Shown: one piece after another, positions 9,125 through 16,597 of the stretch
Layout: each line of letters begins with the position of its first letter
Position numbering within the stretch: the stretch's first letter is position 1
Origin: an uncultured bacterium
GTDB lineage: Bacteria > Chloroflexota > UBA5177 > JANWHV01
DNA: 64,000 nucleotides
Direction of reading: 5' to 3'
NCBI GenBank assembly: GCA_963729625.1
Contig: CAVSOU010000014.1
Location: 96,001-160,000, forward strand
Position numbers and translations under genes: made by a program
Notes under the pieces: generated by a model
Database searches by the model: none
What the model was told of the DNA's origin: nothing
The model's input: only the letters and a program-made list of their open reading frames with translations

Positions 9125-10005
9125 ATGCGCAGGGTGCGCATTGCCGTGATTCCGGCGGCGGGACTCGGCTCGCGTATGCTGCCTGCCACAAAGGCGATTC
9201 CCAAAGCGCTATTGCCGGTCGTGGACAAGCCGGTGATCCAGTACATCGTGGAGGAGGCGGCAGCCAGCGGGATCGAGCTGGTTGTCATAGTCGTTGGGCG
9301 AGGACAATCGGCGATCGCCGACCATTTCGATCGCTGCTTCGAGCTGGAACGGCGACTGGAGCTGGCCGAGCAGCACGCGATGCTGGTAGCCGTGGTGGCG
9401 ATCTCGAAGCTGGCCGAGATCGCGATCGTGCACCAGCCCGAGCCGTTGGGGAACGGGCACGCCGTCTGGTGCGCACGCGACGTGGTGGGCGACGAGCCGT
9501 TCGCCATGCTGTGGGGCGACGGCATCGTGCAGGCAGGCGAGCCGTGCCTCGCACAATGCTGCGCGTGTACGAGCGGACCGGCGCCTCAGTCCTGGCTGCG
9601 AAGCGCGTGCCGGCCGACCAGGTGGATCGCTACGGCATCATCGACGGCGATCCGGTAGGCGAGCGAACCTTCAGAGTGCGCGCGATCGTAGAGAAGCCGG
9701 CAGTCGGGGCAGCGCCGTCGAACCTGGCACAGGTGAAGGGCTGCGTGTTCACCAACCGCCTGATGGCGCTGCTGGGCCAGACCCCAGCCAAGCTGGGCGG
9801 CGAGATCTGGCTCGCGGACGCCATCGACGCGCTGCTGGCCGAACAGCCGGTGTACGCAGAGTTGGTGGAGGGCCTCCACGTCGACACGGGGAGCCCGCTG
9901 GAGTGGATCCAGGCCAACGTCGAGGTCGCGATACGTCGCGACGATGTGGGGCCGGCGCTGCGCGCGTATCTGAAGCAGTTGGCGGCATCCTGGACTGACG
10001 GCTGA
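9125..10005 (+). pseudogene. galU: UTP-glucose-1-phosphate uridylyltransferase-like nucleotidyltransferase, one frameshift near 9556
   Basis: AVIPAAGLGSRMLPATKAIPK..LPVVDKP and QPEPLGNGHAV in one frame. RYGII, IVEKP, GEIWLADA, DTG in the next frame. CAA-ATG reads CAATG (one A missing). May be a sequencing error. Confidence 0.8.
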
Positions 10006-10007
10006 AT

Positions 10008-10043
10008 CGCAGATACCGCAGATGCGCTCCAGATGACGCAGAT
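10008..10043. repeat. Short tandem (CG)CAGAT repeats
   Basis: CAGAT at 10010, 10019, 10030 and 10039 (plus 10072), directly after the galU stop. Confidence 0.55.
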
Positions 10044-10238
10044 GTGTGCTCCAAGCTGCGACCTTCAGTTGCAGATAAGGCCGTCACCGATGGCAAGCGC
10101 CGGCCGGGTGAACGCACCGCGGAACGAGTAGGCTTGAGTGCTCAGCTCTGAAAGGCACCGCATCGCTCGGGCACGCCCCGCTCCAGAAGCTTCTTGGTGG
10201 TCACTGAATGGGGTATAGTAGCTCAAGGAGGAAGGACG

Positions 10239-10919
10239 ATGGCACTCGAACAGGCACAACCCTGGTCCTTCGACGACGTCTGGCCGCCCAACGATACCGA
10301 GGTGAGCTGCTTGGGAACCAACCTGCACCAGACGACAATCGCCAACCTCCGTTGGGGGCTTAACGAGGCCGCGAGAGTGAGCCACGTACCCGACCGGCCG
10401 CTGCCCTGGACTGCTCTGAGCCAGACGCTCCTCCTGGGCTGCCAGCGGCCCGATGGCTCCTACTACCGTACGTATCCGGATCTGTTCGTCTACCTGACTG
10501 AGGTGGATCCGGATCGAAGCTCGATGTCAGTAGGAGTCGACGGCCCTCCGGCATTGATCGTGGAGGTGTTGAGCGAGTCCACCTATGAAACGGACATTGA
10601 CCATGCACGCGGCAAAGGCTACAGCTACGCACGGGCCGGCGTGCCGGAATACATCTCGCTGGATCCGACCGGACAATACATTGCCGGCGTTGTCGCTTGG
10701 CGACTGGCAGGAGATCGCTACCGCGTCTGGGAACCGGGACCGGACGGCCGCTGGAATAGCGAGCAGCTCCCCGTGGCTATCGCGCTCGAGGGCGCCCGGG
10801 CGGTCGTCTACCTATCGAACGGGAAGCGCATGCTCGCCGAGGGCGAAGTCGAGGCAGCGCTTGCCGAAAAGGACGCGGAAATCGCGCGGCTGAGGCGCCT
10901 GCTCGAAAATAGCCGGTAG
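10239..10919 (+). CDS. Uma2 family endonuclease with C-terminal coiled coil
   Basis: YPDLFV, PALIVEVLSEST..D, YARAGVPEY..LDP, tail EAALAEKDAEIARLRRLLE. RBS AAGGAGG. Confidence 0.85.
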   Translation: MALEQAQPWSFDDVWPPNDTEVSCLGTNLHQTTIANLRWGLNEAARVSHVPDRPLPWTALSQTLLLGCQRPDGSYYRTYPDLFVYLTEVDPDRSSMSVGVDGPPALIVEVLSESTYETDIDHARGKGYSYARAGVPEYISLDPTGQYIAGVVAWRLAGDRYRVWEPGPDGRWNSEQLPVAIALEGARAVVYLSNGKRMLAEGEVEAALAEKDAEIARLRRLLENSR

Positions 10920-11009
10920 CCAGCCTGTCGACGTGCAGCTGGCGGCACCCATTCTTGCTCGATCTCGCCTGAGTCTGGTACACCCACTGTGCCGCTGGTC
11001 GTCAACAGG

Positions 11010-11749
11010 ATGGAGCTGGCCTTGCGGCTCGGAGCTGACCCCGATCTGGACGGACGAACGCGCGTCAATCCGCACAACCAGTACGCCGTGAGCAAGTACA
11101 CGCAGGAGTTGTGGCGTTGAACCTGGGCCGTCGTTACGCGATACCCACGGTGTGCATGCGGTACTCGATCGTTCAGGGCCGGCGGCAGAGCTTCACCAAC
11201 GCTTACTCCGGCGTGCTACGTATTTTCGCCACGCGGATGTTGTTCGGCAAGGCCCGGTGGCGTATGAGGACGGCCTCAGTTGCGCGACTACGTCTACGTC
11301 GGCGACGTGGCGAAAGCCAATCTCCTGGTGCTCGAGGACCGCGGGCGGACTACCTCAGCCTCAATGTCGGAGGCGGAAACGCGATGACGGTGCTGCAATT
11401 TGGCGAGATGGTGGCGAGGGCCGTTGGCAAGGACATTCAACCCCAGACGCCCGGCCAATATCGCTTCGGTGACACGCGCCACGTGTTCTCGGACACGGCC
11501 GCACTGCGAGCGCTCGGCTGGACTACGACCAGGGCGCCGCAGGCGGTCGTGGACGAGTATGTGGCCTGGGCGGCCAACCAGCCCGATCTGCGGGATACCT
11601 ACGAGAACGCGGAACGCGAGATGCTACGCACGGGTACGTTCGGCTGGCGACGAGCGCCGGGTCGAGGGTCGGCTGCCGCCGATCCTCAAAAGGTGCGCGA
11701 CTGCCTACCACTACCGAGCCAGCGGTCGCGTTCAGTTGCTCGACTCTGA
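11010..11749 (+). pseudogene. NAD-dependent epimerase/dehydratase, 5'-truncated and multiply frameshifted
   Basis: Frame-hopping reconstruction gives PCGSELTPIWTDE.RVNPHNQYAVSKYTQELVALNLGRRY...RYSIVQG.RQS..NAYSG...YEDGLQLRDYVYVGDVAKAN...YRFGDTRH (YxxxK present). No GxxGxxG N-terminal half. End approximate. Confidence 0.8.
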
Positions 11750-11787
11750 TGCATGCCGCGTCGACACGTGCCGTGCCTATCTTCACC

Positions 11788-12135
11788 TTAGCTGGACTTG
11801 GCAAGCCTTGGCCGCAGAATCTGCACCTGCTCCTTGAGGTAGGCACGTAGCCACTGCCGATCGGGGACGCACGCCTGTGAGACTACCGTGTGACCAACCA
11901 TAATCACGGGTGTGCGCCAGCCACCGCGAACCAGGGCCTCGATGAAGTGAGACCGCCACGATCGCGTCCGTACGACGAAATGCCACTGGCCGAGCTCTTT
12001 AGCGACACTCTCGACCACGGCAAGCGCGATCTCACACTCATGATGAGCCTGGCCGCGTCGTCGCCCAACCCCGTCGCTGCGCACAAAGACGGTGATCTGG
12101 ATTCGCTCCCGTGACAGGTGGATAATCTCTCCCAT
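11788..12135 (-). CDS. Thioredoxin/glutaredoxin-fold-like protein with incomplete CxxC
   Basis: HHEC followed by GGWRTPVIMVG..VVSQ..VPDR (cis-Pro loop-like). RBS AGGGAGG before ATG 12135. Confidence 0.55.
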   Translation of the reverse strand: MGEIIHLSRERIQITVFVRSDGVGRRRGQAHHECEIALAVVESVAKELGQWHFVVRTRSWRSHFIEALVRGGWRTPVIMVGHTVVSQACVPDRQWLRAYLKEQVQILRPRLAKSS

Positions 12136-12336
12136 CGCAGAACCTCCCTTCCACCACGTGAGCCGGCCTATCGATCCTCGGCCGCGAAGGACTCGTCGGA
12201 CACCGTCCACCAAGGCCAATTGACGAAGTAGCACACTCGCATCGTTGGGCTTCCGCAGTCTTTCAGCCGGCCGCCGTCACTGACGAACGTCCTGGTGTCA
12301 CGGCTTGTGCCGCTTCACATCCTCAACACTGGCACA

Positions 12337-12371
12337 AGTATAGCATTGCACGATCAGGGGACTGATCCCCT
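12337..12371 (-). promoter_or_regulatory. Extended -10 element with upstream palindrome
   Basis: TGCTATACT (12337-12345, minus strand) and inverted repeat AGGGGA-CTGA-TCCCCT (12356-12371). Confidence 0.45.
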
Positions 12372-12481
12372 AGCCGTCCTAATCATATACCTCAGACGCG
12401 CGGATAGACTAACCCCGTGCAGATATCTTTCCGACAAGGTTTACTATCGCCATCACTCAGCCGTTCGAGGCCGCCCGGGAC

Positions 12482-12515
12482 AGGAAAGACCCGCCAGAGG
12501 TCGTCTGGCGGGTCT
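12482..12515 (-). terminator. Intrinsic terminator downstream of the Ser/Thr-rich secreted protein
   Basis: Perfect 12-bp stem AGACCCGCCAGA/TCTGGCGGGTCT with a 5-nt loop, followed by TTCCT on the minus strand, about 30 nt after the stop at 12545. Confidence 0.7.
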
Positions 12516-12544
12516 ATGTCGGTTTATCAAGACAGCGGCACGCA

Positions 12545-13453
12545 TCACATGGAGGCAGCGACCGCCAGAAGGTCCTTGATCGTCAACCTGGACTGTGTGA
12601 CGTTGCTGCTGATATCGTAGCTGGTGGTCAAGCGTGTCCACAGTACGTGGACCAACTCGTTGCCGTGTTTTGCCTTGATATCGACGACCGTCCCCTTGAC
12701 AATCCCTGTACCCTTCTTGCCGGCGTTAATGGTCACAACCTGAGGTTTCACACCGGGATAAATGACGGTGCTGAGGCCGTTCCTCATGTTCACATAGAAG
12801 GACGCATACGCGCCTTCGTCGCTCGGGAGGTTCTTGGGCGCGTACTGGAGGAATGCTGAGGCGGGCGACTGCTGGTCCTGCGCAGGGTCCACGTGGATGA
12901 GCTCCAGCGTAAAGCCCTTGGGCACGTACGTCGGGGCGATCACGTACAGCGCAGGTACAAGTGCGTTTGCCATCTGCAGAGCCTTCTTTTGGTCAAGCCC
13001 GGTGCCAAGCCTTCTCAGACCCGACTCCAAGACGACCGCGGCCGGCAGGCCGGATTTCTGAGTCGGCGCCGGCTTGGGAGTAGCCGTGGGGGCACCCGGC
13101 CTCTTTGACGTTGGAGTGCCCTTCGCGACTGGTGTAGACGTGTGTGTCCGGGATACCGTGGCCGACGCGCTTGCGGCGACACGTGGTGTCGGTGTTCCCG
13201 ATTGGGTCGCGACCGCGGAAGCGCTCGGGGTGGCTTGCGTTGTCGCAGCCCGGGGTGTCGACGTTCCCGATTGGGTCGCGACCGCGGAAGTGCTCGGGGT
13301 GGCTTGCGCTGTCGCAGCCACTGTTGGCGTCGCGACGTCCGATGTGCTTGACGATGCGGAGCGTGCCTCAGCGCCACTGCTTCCGATGCCACTGCCGATC
13401 ACCAAGACGGTGGCCACGGACGAAGTGAGCAATGTCTTCCATGATCTTCTCAT
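12545..13453 (-). CDS. Secreted protein with Ser/Thr/Ala/Pro-rich linker and C-terminal globular domain
   Basis: Signal-peptide-like N-terminus ending AEA, about 100 aa of low complexity, then a domain with APTYVPKGFTL. Confidence 0.75.
   Translation of the reverse strand: MRRSWKTLLTSSVATVLVIGSGIGSSGAEARSASSSTSDVATPTVAATAQATPSTSAVATQSGTSTPRAATTQATPSASAVATQSGTPTPRVAASASATVSRTHTSTPVAKGTPTSKRPGAPTATPKPAPTQKSGLPAAVVLESGLRRLGTGLDQKKALQMANALVPALYVIAPTYVPKGFTLELIHVDPAQDQQSPASAFLQYAPKNLPSDEGAYASFYVNMRNGLSTVIYPGVKPQVVTINAGKKGTGIVKGTVVDIKAKHGNELVHVLWTRLTTSYDISSNVTQSRLTIKDLLAVAASM
13185..13319. repeat. 69-bp (23-aa) tandem duplication inside a CDS
   Basis: Two near-identical units starting at 13185 and 13254, encoding AT(A/T)QATPS(T/A)SAVATQSGT(S/P)TPR. 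Confidence 0.9.
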
Positions 13454-13695
13454 CGGGTGTGCGACTCCATATTGCTTGACGCACGGCCGTCGCTGCCAAT
13501 CTGCATCAGGTCATGAGACTTGAGGCGACCCAATGGCCGCCTGAGGCAGCATACGCGCCGGCTACGTGCCGTGACGCATCCGTAGCGATGGTCCGGCGTT
13601 CAGTCCTAGTCGAGGAGATGGTAGTCTGCTACAGGTCCGCAGGGCATCTCCAACGGTGGTTACTATAGCAGAGGGCGCAGTACTGCACAAATGAA

Positions 13696-14739
13696 TTGGG
13701 GGATTATTTGTCGGCTCGTGCGCGATTCCTGGGCAAACGTCCCTCGGCGATCCTGGTCTGGCTGAACGGCGCGCTTGGCGATACGATTCTCTCCTATCCT
13801 GCCCTTCACGCGTTGCGCATGTGGGCACCGCCGGCCGTGGTGTCGGTGGCCGGACAACGCGACTACCTTAGCTTCGCGCTCGATCTCGGCCTCGTTGACA
13901 GGTTACAAGCCCCAGACGGCGTCCTTGCCACCACGCTATTCTCCAACGATCGGCCGACTGGCCGCGTGCCGGCAGATCTCGCCATCGTGTGGAGCAGTGC
14001 CTATTCCGAACTCGAGCACCGCCTGCTGGAGCTAGGCGTGCCGGTAGTACTCGGCGCGGCGCCTCGGGGTGGCGAAGGCGTGCACCAGGCAGAATACCTC
14101 CTGTCAACCCTGGAGCCGCTTGGGATCCCTCCGACGATAGGGTTACCTACGTTGAAGGCCCGAAACCTGCCGGTAGATCGCGATCTGGACCACAGCAGGC
14201 TGCCGGGCTCACGCTGTGTGTTGCTCCATCCGGGGGCGGGCGCACTGTGGAAACGGTGGCCGCTGACCGGTTTCATGGCGCTTGCCGACAAGCTTCGCGG
14301 CAGAGGCTACACGGTAAAATGGACCTGTGGGGAGGCGGACGCCGACATTCGCAATGCACTTCAGTCCGGTGCGCACGCCGAACAGCTGCTTCCCGCGCTG
14401 GAGCTGCGGAATCTCGCAGCACTGATGCCGCGCTTCAGTCTGGTCGTCTCGGGCGACACCGGCATCGCCCATCTGGCGGCACTTTGTGGCACTCAGACGC
14501 TCACGCTCTTCGGCCCAACCGATTGCAAGCGGTGGCGGCCGCTTGGTCCTTCATCGTATGTGCTCGAGGCGCCAAACGTCTGCGGCGGCACATGGGCCCG
14601 CGACGCGGCAGCGGTACAAAGGACGGAGGAGCCGCGCTTGCGCCGCTGCGCCGGTGAGTTGCCGGAGCCATGCCGGTGCCTCGCCGCGATCCCTCCGGAA
14701 GCCGTCGTCGAGCGGAGCCTGTTGCTGCTTACGCGGTAA
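13696..14739 (+). CDS. Glycosyltransferase family 9 (heptosyltransferase-like)
   Basis: GALGDTILSYPAL, LLHPGAG..WKRWP, VSGDTGIAHLAA, LFGPT...W.P. Start codon uncertain. Confidence 0.9.
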   Translation: MGDYLSARARFLGKRPSAILVWLNGALGDTILSYPALHALRMWAPPAVVSVAGQRDYLSFALDLGLVDRLQAPDGVLATTLFSNDRPTGRVPADLAIVWSSAYSELEHRLLELGVPVVLGAAPRGGEGVHQAEYLLSTLEPLGIPPTIGLPTLKARNLPVDRDLDHSRLPGSRCVLLHPGAGALWKRWPLTGFMALADKLRGRGYTVKWTCGEADADIRNALQSGAHAEQLLPALELRNLAALMPRFSLVVSGDTGIAHLAALCGTQTLTLFGPTDCKRWRPLGPSSYVLEAPNVCGGTWARDAAAVQRTEEPRLRRCAGELPEPCRCLAAIPPEAVVERSLLLLTR

Positions 14740-15238
14740 AGCAGGTCGACGTCGCAGCGCCGGCAGCCGGCGACACGGACGTGGCGATGAGAGGGCCGTC
14801 CAGGTATGCCGCGACCGTCACTTCCACCATCCTTCCGCGCACCAGCAGCGTCCGAGCGTTGCAAGGTTCCCGCTGTGCAACGGCGTTGGCGAGTCGGACC
14901 CGATATCGGTTGCCGCCGAGCGCGAGATCGAGCATGCCGAAGGCAGGATCGTACGCCTCCACCGTTGCCTGCATCGCCAATGTCCTCGGAATGTCTCGTG
15001 ATGGCGCCGAGCGACTGTGCGCAGCTGGGTGCGGTGTGGCGACGGGGGCTGGCCTCGAATCGATCTGCTGCATCCAGAGGCCCAACCCGCAGACAAGTGC
15101 CGCCAGCGCGACGGTCCAAGCCAGTCCCGATCTCGGCCTACCTGCGAGTGCGCTACAGGCCCCGCGATCTCTCGACCGCGCTCCCGGAGCATCTGTCAGA
15201 CTCGGCGCAATCACGGTAACTACGCTCTCAGGGCTCAT
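14729..15238 (-). CDS. Hypothetical single-TM protein with small beta-rich (OB-like) C-terminal domain
   Basis: Start overlaps the rarA end. One TM segment (LAWTVALAALVCGLGLW) and a beta-strand pattern ending LIATSV. Confidence 0.5.
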   Translation of the reverse strand: MSPESVVTVIAPSLTDAPGARSRDRGACSALAGRPRSGLAWTVALAALVCGLGLWMQQIDSRPAPVATPHPAAHSRSAPSRDIPRTLAMQATVEAYDPAFGMLDLALGGNRYRVRLANAVAQREPCNARTLLVRGRMVEVTVAAYLDGPLIATSVSPAAGAATSTCFTA

Positions 15239-16547
15239 CCCGGAGCAACCTCAGGCGTTCCTGAATCGATCGTTCTTTGCCGCGGTCCGATGGTTCATAG
15301 AAGCGACTTCCTGCGATGTTGTCGGGCAGGCCTTGCTGCTTCACGTAGGCGCCCTCAAAGTCGTGCGCGTACTTGTAGCCCTCACCAAAGCCGAGCTCGC
15401 GCATGAGCGACGTAGGTGCGTTGCGCAAGTGGAAGGGTACCGGGTCATTTCGCGTTCTTGCCACGGCCTCACAAGCCGCCGAGTATGCTTTATAGACGCT
15501 GTTGCTTTTGGCGGTTACCGCGAGATAGATAGCCGCCTCAGCCAGCGCCAGATCGCCCTCGGGGCGGCCTATGAAGTGAACTGCCTGCTGGGCGGCCATT
15601 GCGACCACCAGCGCTTGTGGATCGGCCATGCCGATATCTTCGGATGCGAAACGGACCATTCGCCTCGCGATGTACAGCGGGTCTTCGCCGGCCTGCAACA
15701 TTCGGGCAAGCCAGTAGACCGCTCCATCGGGGTCGCTTCCACGCAGCGTCTTGTGCAGTGCAGAGATGATGTCATAGTGCTGTTCACCGGTCTTGTCGTA
15801 TAGCAGGGATCGTTGCTGGACAATATCCTGGACGAGGGGCGCGTCGATCTCCATGGTCTCGCCTGAGCCGCCAAAGGTATTGGCGCACAGCTCAAGCGCG
15901 TTTAGCGCCACGCGAGCATCGCCGTTTGCCAGGTTGACGAGCGCCTCCAACGCATCGTCGGCAATCGATATGCCGCGATCTCCAAGTCCGCGCTCAGCGT
16001 CACTCAATGCCCGGCGCATGATGGTCGCGATGTCGTCGTCGGACAGCGCACTCAGCATGTACACCCGGCATCGAGACAGCAGCGCGGCGATCACCTCGAA
16101 CGACGGATTCTCGGTTGTGGCGCCAATGAGCCGGATCGTGCCGTCTTCGACGTGCGGGAGAATCGCGTCCTGCTGCGCTTTATTGAATCGGTGGATCTCG
16201 TCGATGAACAGGAGGGTGCGCTGCCCCGTAAGCTTTAGCCGGTTACGAGCATCTTCAACGATTCGACGCAGGTCGGCAACCCCGGCGGTCACAGCGCTCA
16301 CTTGCACAAACAGCTGACCTGTCGCACCGGCAAGGGCCCGAGCCAGTGTCGTCTTGCCGCTGCCGGGAGGTCCCCAGATGATAATAGACCCCGGGTTTCC
16401 ACCTTCGATGGCACGCCGCAGCGGCCGGTCCGGTCCAAGCAACTCCTGATGGCCGACAATCTCGTCCAGGCTGCGCGGCCGCATGCGGGCCGCCAACGGC
16501 GTCGAGGTCTCGAGCACTTCCCTGCTAGACGAAAACAAGCTGTCCAT
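15228..16547 (-). CDS. rarA: Replication-associated recombination protein A (MgsA/RarA AAA+ ATPase)
   Basis: PLAARMRP..LDE..G, Walker A GPPGSGKTT, IDEIHRFNKAQQD, GATTENPSF, ASEDIG.ADP. Confidence 0.97.
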   Translation of the reverse strand: MDSLFSSSREVLETSTPLAARMRPRSLDEIVGHQELLGPDRPLRRAIEGGNPGSIIIWGPPGSGKTTLARALAGATGQLFVQVSAVTAGVADLRRIVEDARNRLKLTGQRTLLFIDEIHRFNKAQQDAILPHVEDGTIRLIGATTENPSFEVIAALLSRCRVYMLSALSDDDIATIMRRALSDAERGLGDRGISIADDALEALVNLANGDARVALNALELCANTFGGSGETMEIDAPLVQDIVQQRSLLYDKTGEQHYDIISALHKTLRGSDPDGAVYWLARMLQAGEDPLYIARRMVRFASEDIGMADPQALVVAMAAQQAVHFIGRPEGDLALAEAAIYLAVTAKSNSVYKAYSAACEAVARTRNDPVPFHLRNAPTSLMRELGFGEGYKYAHDFEGAYVKQQGLPDNIAGSRFYEPSDRGKERSIQERLRLLRDEP

Positions 16548-16597
16548 TCATCGCAGGGTACCACCACTGTCCGTATAGTTGGCGGTAAAATGTGGTT

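Noticed and set aside
8546-9658. 370-aa ORF apparently fusing unknown sequence to GalU
   Set aside because: Its first third overlaps gmhB out of frame and its end is post-frameshift junk. galU has its own RBS and ATG at 9125.
13185-13319. Direct repeats considered as a CRISPR array
   Set aside because: Only two contiguous 69-bp units, in frame within a CDS, with no unique spacers and no cas genes.
14670-15803. Long alternative-frame or antisense ORFs (also 19839-20804, 23446-24769, 37723-38826, 45251-47164, 50846-51787, 57057-58061, 60279-61229)
   Set aside because: Shadow ORFs typical of high-GC DNA. Each overlaps a gene with clear family motifs and has none of its own.
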